In this document: positions 11,689 to 22,964 of the stretch, piece by piece
Layout: the number at the start of each line of letters is the position of its first letter
How positions within the stretch are numbered: position 1 is the stretch's first letter
NCBI RefSeq assembly: GCF_009914755.1
Contig: NC_060943.1
DNA: 64,000 bases
From: the human T2T-CHM13v2.0 reference genome, Homo sapiens
Reading direction: 5' to 3' (one strand)
The notes under the pieces: model-generated
Seen by the model: only the letters and a program-made list of their open reading frames with translations
What the model was told of the DNA's origin: nothing
The model's database searches: none
Position numbers and translations under genes: made by a program

Positions 11689-11845
11689 AGCTGGGCATGC
11701 CTGTAGTTCCAGCTACTCATGAGTCTTAAGTGGGAGAATCACTTGAGGCCTAGCATTGGAGGCAGCAGTGCTCTATGATTGTGCCTGTAAATAGCCATTG
11801 CACTACAGCCTTGGCAACATAGTGAGACCCTATGCCTTTAAAGAA
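11689..11845 (+). mobile_element. FAM-type Alu monomer
   Basis: gattgtgcctgtaaatagccattgcactacagccttggcaacatagtgagaccc. Confidence 0.75.
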
Positions 11846-13393
11846 TTGCAAAACTAAATACATGTATAAGCAATATAATAAACTTTCCAATGATGTTTTG
11901 TAAATGTTTGTAGCACTGATACTTGTACAAGTATCAAAGCTTAAAATTACACTAAGACTTTTGGAATTCTTGTATTTTTATAAAGTGCCCTCTTCTCTTT
12001 TAAAGTAGTTCTTAGCAGGGCTGTTATCTACGTTGATCACCTAAAATTATTTTCCCTACATGTGGTAAAGGAAGAATATGATCAGTGTTAATTTACATGT
12101 AACAGATTAGAAGGAATTGGACCCTAATAGTAGCAGGTGATTAAACATTTTATTATCCCACCTGTTAGCCTGGCTACAGGTATTATATTTCATGTCCTGC
12201 TGTTTACAAAAAAGAACTTCCATAAACCTTAGAAATCTTACTTCCTCAAAAATTATTGTTTATGGAGTTTAGAGCTTGGAGATTTAAGTATTTATTGCAG
12301 TTTTATTTTCAAATGATAAATGCTATCTATAATTTATGTGGTTTTTATTTCTCATGTTTACATTAAAATAAAACCTGATAAACTGTTTTAATTAAAATGT
12401 GACCAATGTGTTCATAACACTTGTAATTACATTATGTTACATATCTGCCTAACTTACATGGTTTAAGTCAGTCTTGATATGTCCGAAGACATTTTGATAA
12501 GTTGCTTTCACCGTTCATAAGTTGGTTTGATTCATGCCTCTGTTTAAGATGTAATATTTGTTTTCTCTCTCTTAAGCTCTTTTCAAAGTGAAGATAATTT
12601 GTTACACTTAAAATCACTGTCCAGCCACAGTACTTAGTGGCATAGTGCATTAGATGGCATCTTTGAATAAATGGTTATTGTGCCTGTGAGAAAAAAGCAT
12701 AATATGCTTATTAGGATATAAAATTATGTAAATATACAAAAGAGAAAGGATTTCCAGAAATAGTACAGAATTAGAACAAGAGGTGTTTGAAGTATTCAAT
12801 TACACAGAAAAAAAATTGGAAGTACAAAAAGTAGAATTAGTGTTGCTGTACAGAGGGTGACAAACCACATAATTTGACTTTCGCACACTGTTTTCAAGCT
12901 TACATTTTAGTTAAAAATATATCAAATCAGTTAGGTTGTTTTTTAGAACTAAGAGTCTAGCCACTCAGCTTCAGTGATTCTCACTAAATCTTTAATTCTT
13001 TAGTACCTAAGGTAAAATTTTAAATAACTTATCACCTTATCTTGATAAAGTGCTGACTAAAATCAATGATCTCATTTAACTTAAAAGAAAATATTTATAA
13101 ATTACTGTTTATAAGAAAGTTTGCAGCATATAATATGACAATAAGCAGAAATCCTGACATATATGAGTGGTCAAAGGTTCAAAAAACAGTTTGGGAGAGA
13201 AGAACTGGACATGAATTTGTGACTTCAGGAGTAAGTCAGTAGAATAAAAATCAGTAACATTGCTCTCCCCTTTGGCTTGAATTCTAGAAGGCAACACAGT
13301 CATTTTGATAATTGGGAAATTGGGTCAACTTAGGATAAGAATATAAATGTCACTGAAAGTGGGTAGGTTTTCTGACAAATGTTATGTGAGAAT

Positions 13394-13492
13394 GTGAGGT
13401 GGCAGGGCCCCAGAACCTGGCAGTGTGAACCTCAGCCAAAGTAGCTGGAACTGTGAACTATCTAAAAGAGTCTGCATGTGTGGCTTATCATC
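13394..13492 (+). repeat. Local direct repeat, copy 2
   Basis: gtgaggtggcaggg..gaacctggcagtg.gaacctcagccaaag.agctg.aactgtgaactatctaaa..gtctgcatgt.tggcttatcatc is shared with 10138-10246. Confidence 0.9.
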
Positions 13493-15402
13493 CGTGCTGA
13501 GCATGGAAACCAAGCTGCTAGTACAGTGGCAACTATGGCAGTTTTCTTATAGTTTGATATCTAGGAAATATTTCAACTGTTGTAATACAGCCACCAGTGA
13601 AATTTTAACTCCAGTATATTGTGAACTGAACTTTTACATCATTACAAGGAAAAGACAAAGATTTGAAATATACATTTGAACCAAGTGAAATTGCCATTCT
13701 TATAAGTCAAAAATGGTTGTCTAATGGCAATTTCATGTGGTTCACCCTAAGGTGACTGCTTAGAGCTCAGTGTTTCTGGAGAAATCTTATCCCGGCCCTT
13801 TCCTTCACATTTCCTCTTTATGTAACCAATATGCCCACATGTTATTAAAATCCAACAACACTAAATCCCAATTTTATCACAATTCAAGGTTCATTTTTGA
13901 CCTAGTTTTTTTACATTTCTAAATACTCTATTTCTTGATTTAAAAAAAAATGCCAAAGCCAATTTTAACCAAAAATCAAATCATTCTTTGTTCTGTATTC
14001 AGCTCATGCAGTGTTTCTGGAAACTAGTTTAGCTGCAGTATGCAAGTTAGCTTGAATTTTTCGTCAGCAAAGGCTTCTCCCTAAGCACATTTAAGATGAC
14101 TGTGGCCTGACTGTTCCTTCACACAGCATTGTTGAATATGAAACTACTTGGAAAATGATTTCACAGACGGCAGAGAAATCTCCCAGGTAAGTGCTAGTTT
14201 CTACGCAGGATCTGTAGAGTACGCCCAGAATCTATCAAGTTAAGGATTAAACTTAAATCTACTCAACAGCCACTTCCAGACCTGATTGGGCCTGACATTG
14301 TGCCAGCAGGCAAGGCAAAAGATGTAGGAGCCCTTCAGTGAAGTCTGCACCCCTATAACACAAGTTTCTAAGGCAATTTCCATTCAACTATTTTAAATGT
14401 GTTCGGCAAGTGTCAGAACATGCACTTAATGTGAAATAAATTTTAAGAATATCAGCTTGTGGTTTAGGATCTCCAGGGTACAAGAAGAAAAACTAACTGG
14501 GAAAGTGAAATAGAATAAAAATTATGAGAATCTTGAGTCCAATGAAATAACGTTAATATTCTTTAAAGAGGAACAGGTTAGGTGATTCTTACAACTGCTG
14601 TAAGGGAGCTAAGCAATTTTAATGTGATTAGGAAAATTCAGTGATAGTACCAGAATTTAAGGTCTTTAATAAAATACCAGTAGTATCTTCTTCAAAAGAC
14701 CTCCACTGATTCTCAAATTAGGCTGCTACCTTCTTGTAAGAAAAATCGCTTTGTCTTTTCCACCTTGTCTATTCTACAAACTCTTACCTGTCAGCCCAAG
14801 CTGGTGGCTCCTGTGTCTCCTTGGTGTGATAACTGACTCTTCCACAGGTAGAGCTTCAAGTGTTTTTCCACCTTCTCTTTCACCAGCTGCTTCACCCAAG
14901 ACCCTTAGGACCCTCTTTAAACAAAATTCTTCCAGCGTTATCCTTGCTTTTTCTGCAATGTTTGATGTTGGTCATTATGACCCACTGCCAAAGCATTATT
15001 AGCACCGGATTCCAGAGCATGCAGGCTGTATGTGGCTTACAGACTAACTGACCCCTTGTAACTCCCTTTCATCACTTATGTGAATCCTGTGTTCTCCAAA
15101 GCAGCTCTTCCCAACTTGCTGCACTTACCTATTCTCCTGACCTACTCACAACCCTCGTCATGTATTCTCAATCTAGACTGAGGTTGAGGTTGCACCCCCA
15201 CCTTCCAAAACCAACTATTTCCTCTGGCATGAAATTCCTTGTTCTGAAGGTAACCCCCTCCCATCTAATGGAAAGCATTCCACTTCTAACTCTAAAATTA
15301 ACCTTTTATTTACACCTGCTCCATCAATTATCTTCCTTAAAATTGCACTTACCTCCCCAACTTGGGGAGGTAGCAATTTTGGTTTGGTTCTCTGAATGTC
15401 TG

Positions 15403-15815
15403 AGTGTTTTCTCAAAATGTGGTCCTCAGCTCCCCTGCCTCTCTTCCACTGAAAGAGCTTATGAAAAATGAAGATTTTCTAAGTCCAGTGTGGTATCCTG
15501 GATTTGATCCTGGAACAGATAAAGAACTTGAGTGGGAAATCTGATGACGTCTGGAGTTAAGAGTAATGTGTCAACACTGACTTTAGTTTTAACAAATGTG
15601 CCATGTTAATAAGATGTTCGGATGTTCGCATTAGGGGAAAACTGGCAATGGTATTCAGAAACTCTGAGTTATTTTGGCGACTTTTTGTAAATTTACTTTT
15701 ATAAAATGGCCTCTTGGGCCCCAGAACTACTGAGTCTCAATGCCTGGGGCTGAGGCCTGGGAATCTAAATTTTTAAGAGGCAACCTAAATGATTGTTATA
15801 CAGCCTCAAATTTTA
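15403..15815. mobile_element. MER5-like hAT DNA transposon remnant interrupted by an L1MC/ME 3' fragment (~15485-15700)
   Basis: ttctcaaaatgtggtcctcag ... cccagaactactgagtc..gcctgggaatct; insert gtgtggtatcctggatttgatcctggaacag. Confidence 0.55.
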
Positions 15816-15884
15816 AATCCTCCTCTTCTCAATTCCCTTTAATTCCATGTCTGAACAGTTGCTTCTCCCTTGTTTCACCTACCT

Positions 15885-16076
15885 AACTTAACCTGAGTTA
15901 ATCTGTTAAACCTTCTGAATTCTATGATGTAAGTACTATTATTATCTGTTTTTTCCCTGATGAGAAAGCTGAAATAGTAGGAGCTGAGGCATCCAGGATC
16001 ACACTGCTCAGAAAAGGTGGAGCTGGGACTTGAATTCCCAATCAGCCCGGCTCCCAAGTCTATGTTCATAACCACT
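15885..16076 (-). mobile_element. MIR
   Basis: gtaagtactattattatc..gatgagaaagctga..tcacactgct..ggtggagctgggacttgaa..taaccact. Confidence 0.75.
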
Positions 16077-17847
16077 CTCCATCAACCCTATTTCTATCCA
16101 CAGTGAGCTAAAAAGCTCTGTAGGTAAAGCACTAAAAGCAGCATTATTGCCAATAATATTATCCTAGGCCTACCTATTTCTGTAACTTTCTAAGTCCAAC
16201 AAACAGTCTTTCTGCTTCAGCATACAGACTTTGCCTCCCCTGCTTTTCCACTGGGGATGAATGAGCAATGAGAAAGCATGGGGAAGATGTGCTGACTGTA
16301 AAGTCCTGAACATGGAAGGGACAGTTGCTCTTCTCTTAGGATTCAGCTCAACTATTATATTTTCTAATCTGCCTCTCCCAACTGCCTTATGTACCAATTG
16401 AATGAAGTGACAGCACCCACCCATGTCACCCACCTTGACATAGAATTCCATGCTCCCATATTGCTAATTCACCTCTTCCTGGATTTATGTTGCCTCCCCC
16501 AAACATTTTAATCTCCTAATTACTCACATAGTTGTGTCTCCCACACACTTATGTCTGGGATCATTGATGGAGAATGTGGATATACCAGGCATTAAAATGA
16601 GGTGGCATTTGGTAGATTGGTGGCTAATCTTTATTTTGCCAAAGAGAAATCAGCAGAAGGTGGTCTGACAGTACTCTCAGGCTCACTAAGCATCCTTCTA
16701 GATTTTAAGGGAGAAATCTACTTTCAATCAGTTTCTACGTTCTCATCTGGGCTCCCTGACTTTAGAGTTTGACAGCAAATTATGGATACAACTGCTGAAT
16801 TAAAAAGCTGTAGAAGTTTCTGTCCTCCAGCCAGACACACAAAAGAGCACCATGTCTATTCAGATGATTTCAGTGTAAATGAAGGGCTCATAAAATAGAA
16901 GGCAATCTCAGGAAATAACTTTTTTTCATGTCCCTCTTTATTTCTTCAAATGAATAATTAAGATTGGCAGGAGAAACCTAGGAAGTATTTTCGATTAAAA
17001 CATGTTTTAATTAGTTCTGCTTCTGGTGATTAGAATTTGCTTAATTTTACTTGTTTATAAAATTTTTCTGCTTATATTTAAGTACATCTGAAAAATCTGA
17101 TTATAAAGTTAAAATCTACATCTCTCCCCAGATATTCTTTAAAAGAAGTGTATTTCTTCATAGAAACATGACGAGAAAAAGACTTCCATGGCATCTTTTT
17201 ATTTTCTTCACTATTGCTTTAATGCATTTTAAAATTAATCTATATTAATTGAGAATAAAGGAACAAAAAGACTTTTTGTCATAACTAGTCTTTATATTTG
17301 ATTTTTAAAAAAGCTCAAACTGTTATTTTTTCCTTACTACAAACAGAATACATACAAAAATTTTTGCAATAACAGTATCAACTAATTAAACATTTTGAGA
17401 CTAACATAACCACATAGTCATTCTACTGACTCCGAGGAACAAAAAATTCCTAATCAAGATGCTCTGGGTTTTGTTGTTGTTGTTATTGTTAGTATTCAGA
17501 TTTATAATTATCATCTGCCAGTAAAAATTTAAGTGTTCAAAGTTGATTATCTACAAATACATCACTGGCTCTGACATGTAAGTTCTGGAGTTAGCATGAC
17601 AGTGACTACACTGCATGGGATGGGTACGATACATGTATAGAAATCATAAAGAGCATTGAATGCCTGGACTTGAACCGTTGACTTGGTATGTGCTTCATTT
17701 GGCTCACTAATAAATCCACCTGTACCAACCTCATATCAAAAGTCACAAAATATTTCATCTATATCATATATACTCTGTAGATACACACCCATCTACAAAG
17801 CATATATACTATACATTCAGTTTTTAGAAACATGAAGTCATATTGTT

Positions 17848-18075
17848 TTATGGTTTTGTTTTATTTTGTTTTGTTTTTGAGACAGGGTCTTGCTCTGTCA
17901 CCCAGGCTGGAGTGCAGTGGCATGATCATGGCTCACTGCAGCCTTGACCTCCCAGGGTCAAACAATCCTCTTATCTCAGCGTCCCAAGTAGCTTTGACTA
18001 CAGGTGCACACCACCATGCCCAGCTAATTTTTTTTATTTTTAGTAGAGACAGGGTTTCGCTATGTTGCTTAGGCT
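17848..18075 (-). mobile_element. 5'-truncated AluJ
   Basis: Right arm plus part of the left arm; TSD atgaagtca(t/c)attgtt at 17832 and 18076. Confidence 0.9.
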
Positions 18076-18832
18076 ATGAAGTCACATTGTTGTAAAATGA
18101 TATACCACAGATGAACATTAATCTGGCTAAAATAAATATTGTAATTGTCATCAAGCTACTAGAAACTTTTGGGAGTTTTGAGTCAGGTGAGTTACTTCCC
18201 ACCTGCCTACCCTCATGCTTCTGTAATGTCTTGGTAGTCTGTTCATACAAAACCATTTCCCCTTAATGCAGTTAAGATTTCTTTTCCAGGATGACCTGAT
18301 TGGGTTTTGGAGAAAAAAGGGGTCATGCAGAAGAGGCAGGCATCTCTCAGCCACTTTCCCTCACACCTGCTGAGATGAGTGCTGTTTTCTGTCTCATTGG
18401 ACACATTTGGGTTAGAAAGCAGTTATTCAAAGTTCTGTGTCTGCTACTCCCTTTGGTCTTTCTGTAGAGCACAAAAGTGAAAGAAGCTCCTTTGGCAAGA
18501 ATAGCCGTTTTATTAAAATGTAACTGCATGTCCTAGCTCTAAGGTTTCCATTCTCTACTGGAGAGTGCAGGTCATGGATGCTGTTATTGAGGTTTGGTGT
18601 GTGACAAAACAGGACGAAACAGCCTAAAGAATGCTAACTTTGAAATAGTGCCGTGGGCATGTTATTTAAAGCTTGTACATGCATCAGTTACACCACACAC
18701 CCAGGACCAGTTCACTGGCAATGATCACGTGAAAATATGACAAAAGTTTGCAAACACATACCAATAAGGCACCAAGAAAAAATATTTCCAGTTAATTTCA
18801 GTTAATTCCCAGTTAACTTCAAAATATGAGGT

Positions 18833-19343
18833 TGTACCAGACTCAGCTGCTTACCACTTAAAAGCCAGACATGAGAGGTGAGGGTTGGTGGAAGGAAAAG
18901 CAGGTTTAATCAGAGGCAGCAAACCCCAAGGATGGCAAACTAGCTTTCTAAAATACCATCACAGATTTTTAAATATTACCATAGGGTTTTTAAAGAAAAA
19001 CTTGCTATGGGAGACATGTGGGAGCCGTGTGGAGTGCAGCATCTGTGTCTTTGTTGCGATGGCTGTCAGGGTTAATCACCCAACTGGAGGCCTGGTTGGT
19101 GTTATCTTGACTTTGGCCTTAATGTGATGGACTAATTGTGACTCCCCCTAAGCAGGAGAATTTCACAGGGACTCCATGCCTTACTTGTTCTAAGATTACC
19201 TTCTGACATTTCTTAAGCAAGAACATAATTAGATAAGCTTGGAGGGTACTCTAGAGAGGGAAGGAATAGAGGGGTGAGAGGGAGAAAAGGAAGAAAAATA
19301 AGAGGATGATTAAAAAGAATTTTTAGAACAGTTTCCCAATTAC
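18833..19343 (-). mobile_element. Putative solitary LTR (family unresolved)
   Basis: TG...CA-bounded segment with LTR-like gaaaagcaggtttaatcag motif. Confidence 0.4.
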
Positions 19344-20870
19344 AATGGGTGAAATTAAAAAAAAAAAAAGACTCCTGAAAATCTGGTCAACTGATTCACT
19401 GAGAGTTCCCATTACTTTCTTTAGATAACCTATTTGAATTCTCATCCCCTTGTCTACGAAGTGAGACATTGCTGAGAATCACGCTGTGAAAGTGACAGCC
19501 CTCAAGCTGTCCATATGAAACTCCACTGTGTCTAAGTCTGTCCCCACTTTTACAAAGCTAGCTGTAAAGGAGTTGCTGTACCACCCCATAACCTTTTATT
19601 TTACAAGTATTTTTATGAGTAAAACTAGTTTTCATAATCAAATGCAAATTATATGGATGGAAATGGGGGTGGCTGTAAATCCAGCTTCTCTTCCCTAGGG
19701 AGGCTGATGGTAGACTTCAGGGAAGCAGATGGCCTTTATCTTTGTGTCTTTCAGGGAATGAGGGAATAGAGGGATAGCAGGGATGAGAATTTTCTTTAAG
19801 TGCCTCTGAAAGTTAGTCTGGAACTAGATCCCAAAGACCATGATTTATACTGCCTGCCCTTGGGGTTAGCATGTTTTCTAAAACTGTCTTATTTCTGAGT
19901 GAATTAATTGTTGTTAGGTTTAGCATGTTGCCAAAATTTTTTTTAAAAATCTAAAAATAAATAAATCAGTTTTATCTACTTCATTCCACAGTATTAGGGA
20001 ACCGTGCATCATTTCTAGATTTCTCCACAAAGAAAAGAGGGAACACCCAAATTAGGCAGCATAACTGAAGGAGGCAGGGCAGTCTACATACATTGTGGGA
20101 ATACATACTAGACGAGGGGAAAGTTCAAGGTGACCAGAGATTCTCATCTGAAAAACAGAAGAGGAACTGTTGCCCAGACAGGCAATCTGTTTCAAAATAC
20201 GAGTAAGGGGCTTCTTCCTCGAAGAATAAATAAGATAGGCTAAAGTTCTGTAGCTATGTGTAGTAGGTTTTGTTGTGGCCACTGAAATTTTAATTATGAT
20301 TCAGAGGATGAGTTGTGTAAGAGCAGGCATATATATACATATATATATATATAAATGTTAAGAGCTTTTGAGAGTCCTTAAAACTATAGTACTAACTTTT
20401 TCCCTCAACCCCCGCTGTTCCCCATAAAAAATGTTCAAATTGCCTGTGGAAAGTATACATTTATCTACTCAATATCCACAAAGTAAAAATTGACCTAGGC
20501 TTAAACATTACTTTTCCAATTTTGGTGTAAATTAAATCCAAATGCCTAGACTCCAGGTGTTTTTCCAGGTAGGTTTCCTCAAATGTTAATTGCAGTAGCA
20601 ATTTTATCTTTCTAAATTTAGCACTCACTCAATCTTGGTCATTGGTATTTTGCTTGCTGATGCACTGCCACTCTCTTGTCCAGTAATCACCTCAAATCCT
20701 TCATGAATGAATGCTTAAACAAATTTTTTAAAAAATTCTAATAGCAAAGAAATCTCTGTTTGTGTCTATGTGTGTGTGTGTATCATTATATAGGCTTTCA
20801 AATATGAATGAAGGAATGGTTGAACAGTTTAGTAAAGCAAACCAAATTATCTAATAGCAAAGAAGTTCTC

Positions 20871-20902
<32 letters not shown>

Positions 20903-20940
20903 TGTGTGTGTGTGTATGTGTGTGTGTGTGTATGTGTGTG
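20871..20940. repeat. (TG)n microsatellite
   Basis: Interrupted TG run of about 70 bp. Confidence 0.97.
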
Positions 20941-21335
20941 CTCATCAAAACACAGGCTTTCTCAGAAGGAAAGAAACAGTGTAGTGCTAGAGGTAGCACT
21001 ACACTACCTTTGCAGCATTAACATAAACACAGACCTTAAGTCTGATAAGAAACATTTACAATGTACTCTCTCTGAGGCCTGCTTATTGAGGCTTCCTCTG
21101 CCTAATAAAACCTTGGTCTCTGCAATCCCTTATTGGAACTCAGACATTCCTTACTACTAATAATACCTCTTTCAACAAATTGCCAATCAGAAAATTTTTA
21201 AATCTACCTAGGACCTAAAAGCACCCCCTCCCCCACCACTTTGACTCATCCCATCCTTCCAGATTGAATCAATGTTAATCTTACATGTATTGATGGATGT
21301 ATTCCGCCTCCCTTGAATGTATAAAAGCAAGCTAT

Positions 21336-21609
21336 GGCCCGGCACAGTGGCTCACGCCTGTAATCCCAGCACTTTGGGAGGCCGAGGCAGGCAGATCACG
21401 AGGTCAGGAAATCGAGACCATCCTGGCTAACACGGTGAAACCCCCATCTCTACTAAAAATACAAAAAATAGCCAGATGTGGTGGCAGGTGCCTGTAGCCA
21501 GCTACTCAGGAGGCTGAAGCAGGAGAATGGCGTGAACCCAGGAGGCGGAGCTTGCAGTGAACTGAGATGGCACAACTACACTCAAGCCTGGGTGACAGAG
21601 CGAGACTGT
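21336..21609 (+). mobile_element. AluY lacking poly-A tail
   Basis: atcgagaccatcctggctaacacggtgaaacc and ggcgtgaacccaggaggcggagcttgcag; ends at gagcgagactgt. Confidence 0.92.
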
Positions 21610-21648
21610 TTATCAGGCCCTCCCGAAGTTGTTGCATGGATGCATCCT

Positions 21649-21886
21649 TTAAGTCTGCAGAGGTTTCTGCTGCCTTTTGTTCGGCTATGCCCTGCCCCCA
21701 GAGGTGGAGTCTACAGAGGCAGGCAGGCCTCCTTGAGTTGTGGTGGGATACACCCAGTTCAAGCTCCCAGGCAGCTTTGTTTACCTACTCAAGCCTCAGC
21801 AATGGCAGGTTCCCCTCCCTCAGGCTCGCTGCCGCCTTGCAGTTGGATCTCAGACTGCTGTGCTAGCAATGAGAGAGGCTCCGTGG
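21649..21886 (-). mobile_element. Internal L1PA 5' UTR fragment (antisense promoter and ORF0 start)
   Basis: Reverse complement matches the L1PA 5' UTR (ttgctagcacagcagtctgagatc..ctcaaggaggcctgcctgcctctgtagactccacctctgggggcagggc..ctctgcagactta). Confidence 0.9.
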
Positions 21887-21927
21887 TGCGCATCCTTAAC
21901 TTTGGCAAAATAAAGTTTCTCAATTGA
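21802..21927 (+). CDS. Hypothetical 41-aa chimeric peptide: L1 ORF0 N-terminus fused to LTR-encoded tail
   Basis: gcaATGG start; MAGSPPSGSLPPCSWISDCCASNERGSV resembles ORF0 MAGAPPPASLPPCSLISDCCASNQRDSV; no evidence of expression. Confidence 0.25.
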   Translation: MAGSPPSGSLPPCSWISDCCASNERGSVVRILNFGKIKFLN

Positions 21928-22383
21928 TTGAGACCTGTCTCAGATACTTTTTGCTTTACAAGTTGGTAACCATAGAGGATTCTGAGTGGAGGTGTCCCTG
22001 ACCTTTGACAAATCTATCAATGCTTGGTACCAGTTTGAGCTATCTCCCCACTCCAGAGAATTTTTGATTTCCCAAAATTTGGTCAAGATCTGAAGTTTAT
22101 TTTGCTGTACAACTTCTTTTCTGGAGTTTTACTTGCTTCCAAAAAGGGAAGACAAGTTTTCTGCTTCTGTGACAAAAAAGTGCAGGCAACTACTTCCTGG
22201 AATTTCAGCTCGCTTTCAACAAAGAAGGTGAGTTGTTTCTTCCTGCTTCTAGGAAAAGATTAACAACCAGCTGGCCTTAATTTCTCCTTACCATTAGAGT
22301 GCTCAGTAATCATATTGTTGGGTTTGTTTGTTGTCGTGGTCTTTCTCCCATCATATTTGACCAACTCTACCTAGTTTACTCAA

Positions 22384-22964
22384 ATCATTCTTATTCTATG
22401 AAGCCAGCATCATTTTGGTAATAAAAATCTGCCAAAGACATACACACACACACACATAAAATTCAATGTTCTGATTAACATAGATGCAAAAATCCTCAAC
22501 AAAATACTAGCAAACAAAATCCAGCACCAAATTCAAAAGTTAATTCACCATGATTATGTAGGCTTTATATCTTGGATACAGGACTGGCTCAACATATGCA
22601 AATAAATAAACAGAATTTGCCACATAAACAGAATTAAAAACAAAAAATGATCGTTTTGATAGATGCAGCAAGAACTTTTGATAAATTTCAACATCCCTTA
22701 TGATAAAAACCCTCAACAAACTAGGCGTCAAAGAAATATGACTCAAACTAATAAGAACTTTCTATGGCAAACCCACAACTAACATCGTACTGATGGGCAA
22801 AAGCTCAAATTATTTCTTTTGATAACTGGAACAAGAATTCATACTCTCACAACTTCTTTTAAACATAGTGCTAGAAGTCTAAGCTAGAGCAGTCATCAAG
22901 AGAAATAAATAAAAGGCATCCAAAGTGAAAAAGGGGAAGTCAAATTATTTCTGTTTGCAGATGA
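22384..22964 (+). mobile_element. L1 ORF2 (RT domain) fragment
   Basis: aacatagatgcaaaaatcctcaacaaaatactagcaaac ... ctgtttgcagatgac (FADD). Confidence 0.9.

Larger units (their letters stand above)
10419..12400 (+). other. Probable ancestral 3' UTR of the cyclin-Y-like gene
   Basis: AT-rich sequence after the ancestral stop, with AATAAA at 10828, 11202 and 12367. The true end is unknown. Confidence 0.5.
21015..22383 (+). mobile_element. MER4-family ERV1 LTR (to ~21960) plus start of the internal region, interrupted by AluY and an L1 fragment
   Basis: cagaccttaagtctgataagaaacatttacaat; ttgccaatcagaaaatttttaaatctacc; tgtataaaa; tttggcaaaataaa..gagacctgtctcagatactttt..ttaca; internal sequence follows. 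Confidence 0.8.

Noticed and set aside
21478-21927. 149-aa ORF
   Set aside because: Patchwork of Alu, LTR and L1 sequence with a GTG start; only the ORF0-derived part is reported.
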